Under the pieces are notes generated by a model that did no database searches, was not told the DNA's origin, and saw nothing but the letters and a program-made list of their open reading frames with translations. The translations under genes and the position numbers were made by a program. Below are positions 50,127-63,144 of a stretch of 63,342 bases of DNA, piece after piece (positions within the stretch are counted from its first letter, which is position 1; each line of letters begins with the position of its first letter). Origin of the DNA: Octopus bimaculoides (taxonomy: Eukaryota); assembly GCF_001194135.2 (NCBI RefSeq), contig NC_068984.1:27272588-27335929 (forward strand), read 5' to 3'.

Positions 50127-51221
50127 AATAAAAGCAATACAATTTTATAAATGCTCTATGGAAATAAAAAACAAAACAAATGTTTTATTTATCATCTGTG
50201 TATTATAAATCAATATATTTGCTAACATTCGACTTCATCCAATAAATTATTTCCCTTGGAGGTAATTTAACAGTTAAAAATAGCATATCTGGTTACCAAC
50301 AGAATGACTCATAGAATAAGCTCATTTAGTATAGAAAAAAGGAGTCGATGTACTAGATAGTTGATGTTATAACGTTCAATTCCACATCATTTAATATTTA
50401 CTCAGAAATATCTACATTTCCAAAAATATATAATTAATATATTAGAAATAATTTTAAACAATTCAAAATGCATATATGAATCATATTCCCATGTTATCGT
50501 AATCTTTAACTGAGATTGCTTCATTAAAGTAGCACTTAGCTGTAGTCATGTAATTTTTAGAAGAGGCTAGAAGCATAACAAATGATCAACACCAAATGAT
50601 ATTGATAAGACGCATATTCTAACAAATAATCTGAGACTCTTTAATAAAAGATTTGTTTTTAATAACTGGCTTCTACTTCTCAATTAAATCTGTAGCCCAC
50701 GTAAAACTGTTTCAGAAAGACAATGATATAGACAGTCTTTTACTTGAAATGGTGCAGAAACTAATATCAGATGTTAACAAAACAACGGCAAACTATACAT
50801 TTTCATTATACTATTTATTTTTTAATTTTTTATTACCATTTGTTATTATGAATTACAGATTTAAAATAATTCTATTTTAACATTATTTAGATTATCTTGT
50901 ATTATGTCCAAGTTTACTTTAAGGTAGTTATTTCTTGTGATACTTATACACCCACACACATACATACACAGATACAGACACAAAATCACGCAATTAACTT
51001 GAGGTAAGTAATCCGCAAGTGAGGCTGTTTTGTCACATAGAGGATCCTCACTGCACATGAGGTATGTGTCTGAGTAGATGAGTAGAAGTGAGAATGATGA
51101 TGGAAGAAGAATGAGGATTGCTGAAAATTGCAAGAGTGTATGGTGGTAGAGAGTTATAGATAATAATAGAAAAGGAAACAGTATTGGTAAGAGTGACAAC
51201 TTATATATTTATGTGTGTGTG

Positions 51222-51492
51222 ACTATTGCCAGTGCCCCTGGACTGGCCTGTGCGGGAGGCACATAAAAGACACCATTTCGAGCGTGGCCGTTTTCGTGCG
51301 GGTGACACGTAAAAGCACCCACTACACTCTCTGAGTGGTTGGCATTAGGAAGGGCATCCAGCTGTAGAAACTCTGCCAAATTAGATTGGAGCCTGGTGTT
51401 GCCATCCGGTTTCACCAGTCGTCAGTCAAATCGTCCAACCCATGTTAGCATGGAAAGCGGACGTTAAACGATGATGAGGATGATGATGATGA
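51222..51492 (+). mobile_element. RTE 3'-UTR fragment
   Basis: Close match to 45490-45783; (GAT)n tail followed by (TA)n. Confidence 0.85.
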
Positions 51493-51639
51493 TATATATA
51501 TNNNNNNNNNNNNNNNNNNNNNNNNNNNNNNNNNNNNNNNNNNNNNNNNNNNNNNNNNNNNNNNNNNNNNNNNNNNNNNNNNNNNNNNNNNNNNNNNNNN
51601 NNNNNNNNNNNNNNNNTATATATATGTATATATATATAT

Positions 51640-51940
51640 ATCATCATCATCATCGTTCAAAGTCTGTTTTCCATGCTGGCATGGGTTGAATGGTTTGCCT
51701 GGGGACTTGCAAGCCAGTAGGCTGCACCAGACTCCAATCTGATCTGACAAGGTTTCTACAGCTGGGTGCCCTTCCTAATGCCAACCGCTCTGAGAGTGTA
51801 GTGGGTGCTTTTCACATGCCATCGGCATGGGAGCCAGTCAGGTGGCACTGGCATCGACCATGTTTGGAAGGTGCTTTTTATGTGCTACTGGCATGAGGAG
51901 CCAGTTAGGCAGCACTAGCATCGATCCACGCTTGAGTTGT
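51640..51940 (-). mobile_element. RTE 3'-UTR fragment, inverted relative to 51222-51492
   Basis: (TA)n then (CAT)n then reverse-complemented UTR with 2-3 subrepeats. Confidence 0.8.
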
Positions 51941-51964
51941 ACTTTGTATATGTATATTTATATG

Positions 51965-52262
51965 AAGGTGCATGCCTTAGTGTTTAGGGTGTTGCACTTG
52001 TGATTGCGAGATCTTGGGTTCGATTCCCAGACCAGGCGTTGTGTTGTGTTCTTGAGCAAAGCACTTCATTTCACATTGCTCTGCGAACATTTTGTCATCT
52101 GAAATATGGCATCCATTGCACCTGTACAGGTAATGTCGATTTGATGGAGGGAGTGAGCTTATATCTGCACAAACATTTGCTCACTATAAACAAATAATCT
52201 GTGTGGTTGTTCATCAAGAAATTGCTGAACCCATACATTGTCTAACGATGAGAGAGTCCATT
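51965..52262 (+). mobile_element. tRNA-derived SINE (V-domain-like centre)
   Basis: GAAGGTGCATGCCTTAGTGTTTAGGG head, GGGTTCGATTCCC B box, TGTTCTTGAGCAAAGCACTTCATTTCACATTGCTC domain shared with 697-849. Confidence 0.7.
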
Positions 52263-53524
52263 ACATATATATATGTACACACACAAACACACACACACAC
52301 ACACATATACTGGTCAGTAGTTCATATGTCTAAAAAGAAGTACCCTCTAAAACTTTAGACCAGTAATAATTCATATAGTTTATGGTTATGGCTCTTAGCA
52401 GTATAAGTGGCTCATCAGAATTGATGCTCTTAGCAGTATAGGTGGCTCACCAGAATTGATGGCTTGAGGCACGTAATGTTCTTACAATTGGAGGTAGGAT
52501 AATAATCTTGATCAATCAGGATTGTGAAAGAATCCTGAAATGAAATTCTACTGAACTATTTGTCTTCTGGGTAAGGTGGAGTTATCTCCCTTTGGCCAAT
52601 TCCAGTTGTATCTGGATCTGGCCAGCACATGCACACTTTTCTTTCACTACTTGGCAAGTGGAGAATTCCATGTTTCTAAAATGAATTTCTCTGATGAGGG
52701 TATCAGTTAAACACCTCACTTTTGGGGATTTAGAAGGCCTCTGAGTCAAATGAGTTTTTCAGGTTCCTTACATTCAGCCAAGCAACGTTAGCATCATCTG
52801 CTCCCATTAAGGTATGGTCCATGTTGCTCCAAGAGCTTCCATTTACTTATGTATGGTGTACCTTCTTTTAAATGGCGTACATAGCTAGTCAAGGATGTAA
52901 TGTTGTGTCACTCTTGGATCCTAAAAGAAGATCTGTAATTTTTAAGACATCACTTGTAGGGCCCCTCTATAGCTCCAACATACTTCTGTGTCTGTGCTCT
53001 TGCACTGGTGGTGGTGGTGGTGGCGGTAGTGGTGGTGGTGGTACTGCTGCTGCTGTTGTTGCTGCTATTGCTGTTGTTGCTGCTGTCACTATTAGGCAAG
53101 TTGCTGGTGCAGTTGCTGTTTATTGTAGTTGGGGCTGGGTGCTTTTTTCTTAGCATTAGATCATCAGGCAACTTGCATTACTAAAATCCCTGTCAGGTGA
53201 GTGAAGCTATAATAGAATAAAAAGGGAGGTGGCGTTATGGTATGTGATGAGGAAGTGAGAGAGAGAATGAGCAAGAATAAAATAGGTTTCTTGCTGTAAA
53301 GGAGCTATATGGCTACTCACATTAGAGAAAAGAGGGTCGCAGTGATTGGGGTATTGCTGGAAAGAGAGAAATGTTGGTGATAAAGTATTAGAGTGGACCT
53401 TCAAGATATGAAGGAGTAGAAGTGAGAACAGGAGAACAGGAATTTATCAAGTAGTTAGCTTGAAAAAACCTCATGAGGGAAAAATTTTGTAATTTGTCCC
53501 TTTAAATATATTTATTTATATTAA

Positions 53525-53660
53525 GGGCATTACCATACATAAATGCCTCATGCTAGGAGGGACTCTTAAAGTCAAAACTACCATAATAAATAAATTTATT
53601 ATGGTAGTTTTAACTTTAAGAGTCCCTCCTAGAATGAAGCATTTATGTATAGTAGTGCCC
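53525..53660. mobile_element. 136-bp hairpin MITE flanked by TTAA
   Basis: TTAA|GGGCATTACC...ATAATAAAT AA ATTTATTAT...GTAGTGCCC|TTAA; ~67-bp arms with 5 mismatches and almost no spacer. Confidence 0.85.
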
Positions 53661-55164
53661 TTAATATAAATATAAATATATATATATATAGGAGAGGATG
53701 GTTGTATGTGTGTGTGCACATCGTCATCACTATGATCAGCATTTAACATCTGTTCAACCCATGCCAGGGAGCCACACCAGGTTCCATAGTTTGTTTTGGC
53801 AAGGTTTCTACAGCTAGATGCCTTTCCTAACACATGCAATTCACATTCATGTCCCAAGACTGAGATATGCTTAAACTCACATCAGCCTTCATATTAAAAA
53901 TCTGTAATCCAAAATTTTCCAACCATGACCATCATGTCCTTTTAAAGTCAAAATGTATTTTAGACAATATTATCTTCTGTCACTTTTATTATAAAAGAGC
54001 TAATATGCGTTAGAAGAGCACAAATCAGAAATTTTTCAAAAGTATTGCTTGGCCTCTGATTCAATTTTGAATTTTTGCATATGCAGCAATATTCAAATTA
54101 AAATCTCACTGCAAATATAAAAGAATAAAAATAAAAATTTACAAAATTTAATGCAATTCATGATAATTTAATGTAAAATAATTAAAAATTAGAATGGATA
54201 CTTGTCTGTCACTATATGTAAGACCACAATGTACCCCTGTAAATTTTTGCTACCACATCCATTCTCTCTACATAAATTCCTTCATGTACATTTGAAAAAA
54301 GTAATTGATTACTTTGGTTCCTCAATATCTTTTTATCTCTCTTCCAGTCAGATTCAATGGGCTGCATATGGATACCGTCATCATTATGTTAGATTTACAA
54401 AATTCCTTTTGTGCATATTCATGTCATGAATGTACTTTCTACTATCTCTGAGTTATAAGATACTGTAACTATTTTATAAAAAATAGACAACGGGTAATAG
54501 GTAGTGTTTCAGAATAAATACTCTCATCCATTACTTGTTCGCATTATTTTATTTCCAAAATATCTGCAAAAAATGGAAGAAATTTTTTTAAAACTTAATT
54601 TTCCCAAACTTAGAATATACAACTGGCAATAATATCATTTTCTGTAAAAATTCTTTTCTGAATTTTATGTTTTTTACATAGGAGATTATTATTTAGTAAA
54701 AAAAATGTGTCTAACAAATTTAGTTTCTTTGATTCCCACTGCTTTGCTTCAGTGTACACACCCTGTTTTGCTTCTCCACTCATGACTTTCTGAAAATTGT
54801 TTCTTGATTTATATGCATAATGTAGGAAACTGCAATTCAGAAAAAAAAAAATCTGCAAATTCACTTTTTCAGTACAAGAGGAGTGTCTCTTTCAAATTCT
54901 GCCAGATTTTCTAGAATATATTTTATCTTCTTTTAAAAAAAGAAGACGTAAGACATAAGCCACTGTTAGAACACATCTGATGATACATATTCCAAATCAG
55001 ATCTGATATAGGATCAAATGCATTATGTCTGTGTTGAAATTAAGTGTGAATTGCACTTTTCAGAACCGGAAACTGAACAGGACCATCAGATAATAATTTT
55101 GAAAATCTCTGATTAGGACTATCAACTTTTCCTATCAAATTTTAACTGTGAATGACAATAATAC

Positions 55165-55362
55165 TTTCTACTAAAGGCACAAGGCCTGAAATTTGGGGGA
55201 GGGGGATAGTCAATTACATCGACTCCAGTGTTTCACTGGTACTTAATTTATTGACTCTGAATAGATGAAAGGCAAAGTTGACCTTGGTGGAATTTGAACT
55301 CAGAATGCAGTGGCAGATAAAATACTGCTAAGAATTTCACCTGATTCTGCCAACCTGCTGCC
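55165..55362 (-). mobile_element. Meta-domain-like SINE, tail type A
   Basis: Similarity to 4950-5160; followed by (TAA)n. Confidence 0.75.
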
Positions 55363-55365
55363 TTA

Positions 55366-55432
<67 letters not shown>

Positions 55433-55494
55433 TCAAATTACGACAAACGTAAATAAACAAATGAAGTTTGCTTTTAGAAGCGTTGAGATGTCTT

Positions 55495-55672
55495 TTAGAA
55501 AGTTAAAGAAGTGATTTTAAATTCTCAATTGCAGAATAATGCTAATAATATAGCCTGAACAGGATAAACTATCCCTTTTCTCTGCAAAATAGGGATAGTT
55601 TTTCCTGTTCAGGCTATATTATTAGCATTATTCTGCGATTGAGAATTTAAAATCACTTCTTTAACTTTCTAA
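55495..55672. repeat. Near-perfect 178-bp palindrome (probable MITE)
   Basis: Arms 55495-55576 and 55591-55672 (82 bp) differ at only 2 positions; 14-nt centre can pair further (TTTT/AAAA); TA immediately outside GAAAG...CTTTC at both ends. Confidence 0.9.
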
Positions 55673-57906
55673 ATAATAATAATAATAACGATAATAATGA
55701 TGTGTGACTTTTTCATAGAATAATAAACCCAACTGTAGAGATATCAAAAAAGCATATTATGTTAACTATAATTTCTGAATGAGTTCTCTGTGTTAGTAGT
55801 TAACAGAAGGAAAAGTAAAGCCTTTTCCTTTGGGAAAACTAATATGTTACACAACAATATGTGTCTGGCAATGGTTCTTCTTCTAACAAAAACAATCTGA
55901 TTAACCCTCTTATTTTAATCCAATTCCTAACAATATTCACTGCTTATGTGTTTAAATTATCTTTGAAACTAATTAAGAATCTGAAAGAATTTAATAATCA
56001 ACATTTTCCTTTATTAAGTTGGTGTTTGGAATACATGAAAAGGTTCTTGTATAAAATTATGACGGAATGTTTTAGTTTTAATATGACAATTTGAAAATGA
56101 AAGACATTGGATGTCAGGATCAAAGGCAGTCCACAAGTAGATTAGTAGTGCAAGTTTTCATAAAACTAAGACAGTTCCCACATTTAATCATTGGCAAAGT
56201 TACTGAACCATAAGGCTTCTATATCCAAGAAATATAAAAATATCTTGAAGCATAAAATATACTCTTTGTTAACCAATGTTTGATACATCTTATATATAAG
56301 AAATAATCTTTGAATGGTTAACTTCATCTAACTTCCAGTTCAGCATTACCTCCAGACCCTTGTGTCTTTTTACAAAATCCACCCTTGTTATAAGCTTTTA
56401 CGTTCTATCTCCTGTATGAGGAGAATCTGTGAGTAGTGATTTCTTTCCTTCTTTCATCCACCAGTTTTGAAGATTTAGCAAAAATCTCATAAGTACTATC
56501 CTTCTTGCTTGATAAATGCATAAAATATTTCCTGTTTAATGAAAGGAAATGTATTACTGCCAGCCCATCCTTAATAAATTATTTATTGTGTCTTGGCACA
56601 GAAATATTGTAAATGTTACTAGCAGTAGCTTTTATAAAACAGAAAACTATGATTTTCAAAATAACGAGAATATTGTAATTAAAAGAGAAATTAAAATCAC
56701 ATCAAGAATGCAGATCCAACCAGTTAAGAAAGGAAATGAATAAAATAAAGATTTATACTTAGCTAATTTTACTGATAATTCTTTCAAAGACTTCAAGCAA
56801 GAAGTATCAGATGCTAAAGATAATGTATAGAGAGAATACAGAAAATTTAATCATATGACATGACAGGCACAGATTAACTTTCAAAGCTATCAATTAATAA
56901 TAACTTACTAGCAGAAATAAAAATACACAATATAATATCAAAATGACTAATTAAAAACACAGAACATGACAACCTTTTAATATAATTAATATAATCGGAT
57001 GAAGCTTCCATAAAGAAATATATAAATAAATACATAAAATAAATCAGAAATTTAGAATTTAATGATAACATTTCTGCATTAAAAGTGAAAATTCAAAGTG
57101 AAAGGGAATTACTTGAATACATTGAAATTTTCAAGAGGATAAAGTGAACATATGCAAAGTAAGAAAGAGAAATGGAAAGTATGACCTATGTTGTTCGTTC
57201 ACAGCAGAAAAAAATTAAAACAAAGAAAAACTATGGAAGCTAAGCATCAACAGATAAGATGGGATAATAAATTAATTTTGCTATTTAGACTTAAGAAATT
57301 TTTTAAAACTACAGCAATATTTTTTTAAAATATAGGAATGCAGTCATTTAAAATTGAGCAACATTTTTCAAAAGTAAGTTGTGATTGTTCAGGAAGTATT
57401 ATACAGTATTGTAGAACATAATTTTGATGCTGAATAAACTCAGGAAGAAGAACCAGAAATTTGATACATCGCAACAGAATGAGAATACCAAAGACTAGGA
57501 GCATAGCTCTTCACACCAAAAGTTACCTACAAACATTTAGAATTTAATATCAAGACTAATTGAGACACAGTGTAAGTTTAAAATTTTGATGCTCTATATA
57601 TCAAATACTGCCACCTGTTTCCAAAGTGAGATAATAATTTCCCAGTCTACTGACAGTCTGGAATTGGAAATGAATGATACTGTTTGGGGAATCTTTATTT
57701 ACAAAGCAGCAAACACATAGGAAATACACACTCACTCAAACACACACATGCACACAAGCACACACTTATATACATGCACACATACAAACCATACCAAAAC
57801 AAACAAATAACTGGAGCCTAATGCAGCTTTTCAGCTTGTCAGTTCCTGTTAGATTGTCCAACCCATGCCAGCATGGAAAATGAATGTTAAATGATGATGA
57901 TACATA

Positions 57907-58120
57907 TGAGGCCTGATCAATAAATATCCAGACTGTTGCCATAGTAACAAAGCTAAAGCACGCAGAGTGAAGCCGCTTGGCACAGATTGACCTTGAACTT
58001 TGATATGCATTTTCACAAAGTTTTAATGTTTTAGCTCCTGTGTAACATTTCTGCTATTTACAGCGGTGCTTAGAAGGAAGGTGTGTAGCTTGTGATCATT
58101 GCATCAACCATGTCAGAGAA
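57907..58120 (+). mobile_element. mariner-like transposon 5' end remnant
   Basis: TA|TGAGGCCTGATCAATAAATATCCAGACTG resembles TA|CGAGG.CTG.TCAA.AAGT mariner termini; no right TIR found. Confidence 0.5.
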
Positions 58121-58264
58121 AGTTGTCTTGGTGATACTTGCTCAGAGGGAGAGAAATGATAGATTTAATTAAGCAAATAGTGTCCAACATAGTTATAACT
58201 AAATGAAGGAAAAGTCTTAATAAATAAAATTTTGAAGTAGGCACATGAAAGGAGACATATCCAC

Positions 58265-58650
58265 TGCCTGTACAAAGGCTGTATTCACTGCTGTTTGCTG
58301 AGGAGAAAAATTATTGCTTAAGGCAATAGTTGTTAAAAAATACCAGCAGTCATTTTGTTACATCCTCTGGCAGAGTGGTGAAAGCATTTTTAGCTTCTTG
58401 GCTATCACCAGTAACATGTACCACAGGCCGTGTTCTAAGACTGATTTAATATAAGGAAGTGAAGTCTTCCAGAGTCATATTAAGGTTGTCTCTCTTACAG
58501 AACACAGTGTTGATGATAGCCAAAAAGCTTGGAATGCATTTGCTGCTCTGCCAGAAGGTGTAATGAAATGACTTGTTTTTTAACACCTATCGCCAGAAGT
58601 GAAGATTGTTCTCAAAAGTAAACAATAGCAGTGAATATGACCTTTGTGCC
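58265..58650. repeat. Diverged ~390-bp foldback (old MITE)
   Basis: Nested inverted matches: ACAAAGG..TATTCACTGC, GGCAATAG.TGTTAAAAAA, GTCATTT.GTTACA...CTGGCAGAG...TTGGCTATCA, GTGTTCT, TTAATAT and GGAAG around a centre near 58460-58465. Confidence 0.7.
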
Positions 58651-60365
58651 GGTCTACTATGTCCCAAACATATTTGAACTGATCTAAATGTTTGTTCTTA
58701 ATAAATATTTAACTTGCAATTCTGATAATTATGAAAACCATTTTCAGATTTTGTAAAGTGTTGTAAATATGCTTTCACTTAGGAATTGTAAATATTCTTT
58801 CTATCTCTAATCTAGCAGTCAAATGTTTGAATGCTCAGGGTATTGAAATGTTGGCTCAAAGGTCTTCAGGCGAGATCCATTTAAGGATTTTTAAATGTAT
58901 TGTAGAAGGAAGCATAATTTTATGCAGGGGTATATATTCTGGGTGTGCAAGATATGTGCTACATATTCATCGAAAATGGTAAATTCATTATAAATATTAG
59001 CCATACTCATTAATTTAATCACAAATCTTAATGGAAAACTTTTGTTATGCCCCTGTTTGCAATTTGGTAGCGTTGGGTGTAGCAGCACACTCAGTACAGC
59101 AACCACTATATGCACCTGATTTTATGCATGACATTTCCCTTAGATGTATGGAAATAACTACCAGAATATCATTTTGCCTCTGAGAATGATAGCTAAGACA
59201 GATGCCCATCTTATACAAGGGAAGATGCATTTATCATTTGTTTTATGTCTTGAAATGGGAGCAAAGTATCAGACCTTACTTAAAGCCCCTCAAGGAAGTT
59301 TAGAAGACAATATCCTTTTTTCTAGGAACCAGATATATTACTAATAAATGAAGATTTATTTAATAAATTTCTTTATGAAAGCATTGGAAACGGATTTTAA
59401 TGATTGGTATTTTATCTTTCATAAACCATTCTTTATATTATCTTCTCTTGACCCATAACATTTATTTTATCTTTATTTTCCAATAAGAATAGCAAATAAA
59501 CAAAGCAAAAATAAACAAACAACATATAATGGTTGGAATGAACAAAAGCAAAACAACCAATAGAATAAAGAGAATAATATGATAGAAGGAAAGTAAGACA
59601 GAATATGAAAGTCAAATATCAAATTCATTCTAAATTTAATACAGTTTTAAAATATTTTATCTAATAAATCTTTAGAGAAAGAAATTCCTTTGTAGTTGCT
59701 ATCATAAACATGCTCAGTATGAACAGTCATTAAAACATAGGCTCTTTAGTTTTGGTTAAAATTGCTTTTTCACATCAAGTGAATATTTCTAAACCATTGT
59801 ATTAACATTTTGTTTTATCAATAAAGTTCTTATTAAAATGATATTTGACATACGGAAATTAATATCTGACAATTGAAATAGATACTTGAGAATTTAACAA
59901 TATTTGATATTTGAAAATTAATATCTTATCCAAACAATATTAGACTTCATTTAAATACAAAATTAATATTTTCACATTTTCTTACACGGTAGGTTGAGTT
60001 TTAAAATATGTTTATCATATGTTCAAGTCTACAAGTTGGTAGTGTGTTTTACCTTTATGTCAGGTGTGTTCCATTAGCATACATACATTCTGTAGTATAC
60101 ACATACAGATACATTTTCATAGACACACATACATGCACACACACACACACACACATTGGATTCTTTATAGTTTCCACCAACCAAATTCACTCACAAGGCT
60201 TTGTCACTTCAAGGTTTAGAATAAAAGACACCCAATGTGCTGTGCAATGGATTGGAACTTGAAACCATGTGATTGAGAACCAAATTTCTCAACAACACTG
60301 CCATGACGTAAAATGAAATTCTCTCAAATTCTTGGATGGCTCCATAGAATAATTTGATAGCTTCT

Positions 60366-60596
60366 TATTTCTTTATTACCCGCAAGGGGCCAAACATAGA
60401 GGGGACAAACAAGGACAGACAAAGGGATTAAGTCGATTATTTCGACCTCAGTGCATAACTGGTACTTATTTAATCGACCCCAAAATGATGAAAGGCAAAG
60501 TTGACCGCGGCGGAATTTGAACTCAGAACCTAACGGCAGACGAAAAATTGCTAAGCATTTCACCCGGCATGCTAACGTTTCTGCCAGCTCGCCGCC
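60366..60596 (-). mobile_element. Full-length Meta-domain-like SINE, tail type B, with 12-bp TSD
   Basis: Flanked by TTGATAGCTTCT (60354-60365 and 60597-60608); very similar to 32374-32614. Confidence 0.9.
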
Positions 60597-61852
60597 TTGA
60601 TAGCTTCTCTTACCTATGAGACAAAACTAGTAGTGAAGGAGATTATGCTGAATGCATGAATAGAGTAGAAGAGTTTTGGAGAGATTTTACGTATGCAGTA
60701 GACAAAATGATTCTCTCTTTCTTTCTCTGAGTGAAGGCAGTTGTATGATGCTTAGGTAAGAAGTGTGATGTTACATGGTCACAAAGCATATGTCTTGAAT
60801 GCAGAAAATATGCAAAGGCTGGAAAGAAATGAGGCAAGTGTGCCTTGCTGAATGTATAATTTTAATCTTTATGAAAAATGTAGAATGATTGATGGGAGAA
60901 AGAAACAGGATATGATATAAATCAGATGTAGTGTGTAAAAGTGTGGACTATACTGATATTTGTGATGGGTTTGGAAGATGACACGTGAGTAAAGAAGTGT
61001 CATAGTTATCCTAGTGAAAGAAATGGCAGAAGAGAAAGACTGAGCAAGAAATAGGAAGGAGTGATGACAGTTGATAAAGAAGATGACAGAAGATGATAAA
61101 TAAGGATGATGACGGTGATGACATGTATGTGTATATGAGTGAACAAGTGTATGCATGTATATATGAATGTTTGTGTGTGTGTGTATGTGTGTGTGTTTCA
61201 TACTTTTTGAAATAAATGAAAAAATATCAGTGATTGACTAATATTACTTTCTTCTATCTAATAATTTCTGTAGTTATATTTTTGATATTTCTTATATTCA
61301 AAATGTTAGAATTAACTTAACTGCCGTTTTTATGCTGATTGTAGTCTCTATGACATTTATTCTTGAAAGAATTTTAATTTCACATTTTTTTTTTACATTA
61401 CTGTTTTATTTATTGATTCTATCATCACTATATACCAAGTAGTGGAGGGAGAGAGATTACTGAAAAGGTCATAATAAGGTGAAAACATGTCTAGAATTTG
61501 TCTCTCTTACTTACTAAATATTCAAATTAATATTTATTATTCTTCACTGCATAATTATTTTGAATTTCTAGTTAGCTTTGTGATGCTCCCGGCATTAAAT
61601 ATATAAACAAATACTTATCTTCTCTACTATTGTGGTTTCTTCCTTCAAACCGCTGTTTTGTTAAGCTCTCCTCTTCTTGTTTCCTTGATAAATATGTTCT
61701 TAAGTCTTTAAAATCTTGTGTAGATTGTCTTATGATCCTTAGGGCAACTTTTCATTAGTAATAATTCTGATAAGAAAATCCTGATATGTTGTAAATGATA
61801 ATCAAATAAAAAGCTTCTATCTAGAACCAATTAAGTATAAGACTATGAATGT

Positions 61853-62110
61853 ATCATCATCATCCCCCCTCCATCATCATCATCATTTAATGTCCATTTT
61901 CCATGCTGGCATGGGTTGAATGATTTGACAGTAGCTGACCTGCTGGAGAGCTGCCCATGCTCCATGTCTGTTTGGGCATGGTTTCTACAGCCGGATGTCC
62001 TTCTTAATGCCAACCACTTTACAGAGTGTACTGAGTGCTCTGATGCAGCACCAGCATGGGTGCATTTACATGGTACCAGTACAGATGCTTTTTACATGGC
62101 ACCAGCACCT
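61853..62110 (-). mobile_element. Degenerate RTE 3'-UTR fragment
   Basis: CATCATCATTTAATGTCCATTTTCCATGCTGGCATGGGTTG...GTTTCTACAGCCGGATGTCCTTCTTAATGCCAACC. Confidence 0.7.
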
Positions 62111-62660
62111 GCAATATATATATATATATGACTTTTTCATCAATGGGGTGATCCCTGACAGCGACACAGTTATCTCAATACATTCCAGTGTATTTTAAAA
62201 AAACAAAGGTACTTTTAAAAAGTACCTCTGAGAAGGTACAAAAATATATTCACACTGCATTTGTTATGTATTCATTATTCTTTTAAAGTTATACTTTACA
62301 CAATATGACCAATATACATATATATGTTTGCATGTGTGTGAGAGGGAGAGAGAGAAATAGAGAGAGAAAGAGAGAGTGTGTGTGTGTGTAAAGATAGTAC
62401 CAGCATCAACAACATTAGTTGTAGTAGCAGCAGCAGCAAATGCAACAAAAACTGTCATGCTAAACTGTTTGTCAGAAGTACAGCAGTTCTTGGAGCTAAT
62501 TTCAAATATAGTAAGATGCCTTCAAGTCACGATGTTCCATTTTCAAAAGAGTAACTTTCACTGATATCAAGTTTGAAGATCAGCAAGATCAGCAAAACAG
62601 TTTTCTTCAGTATGAAGACTGAAGCAGTATGGTTAACGCTTTCTTTCTGACATTTCTTTT

Positions 62661-62697
<37 letters not shown>

Positions 62698-62939
62698 NNN
62701 NNNNNNNNNNNNNNNNNNNNNNNNNNNNNNNNNNNNNNNNNNNNNNNNNNNNNNNNNNNNNNNNNNNNNNNNNNNNNNNNNNNNNNNNNNNNNNNNNNNN
62801 NNNNNNNNNNNNNNNNNNNNNNNNNNNNNNNNNNNNNNNNNNNNNNNNNNNNNNNNNNNNNNNNNNNNNNNNNNNNNNNNNNNNNNNNNNNNNNNNNNNN
62901 NNNNNNNNNNNNNNNNNNNNNNNNNNNNNNNNNNNNNNN

Positions 62940-62974
<35 letters not shown>

Positions 62975-63144
62975 AATAAACACACGTGCACACACACATA
63001 TATATAAATACACACATGCACACTTACGTGTGTATGTATGTGGGAACAAGAGTATTGCTAAAACAGGTTTCTAATGAGGAAAATTACAAGTTCATCACAT
63101 CTTTGATGACCAATGTAACAAGAGTGAGATGTGAGATAGCAATA

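Noticed and set aside
62527-62645. Minus-strand hydrophobic peptide VFILKKTVLLILLIFKLDISES (signal-peptide-like)
   Set aside because: No start codon or splice acceptor is visible (adjacent to poly-A and a gap), and it ends at a stop after a few residues.
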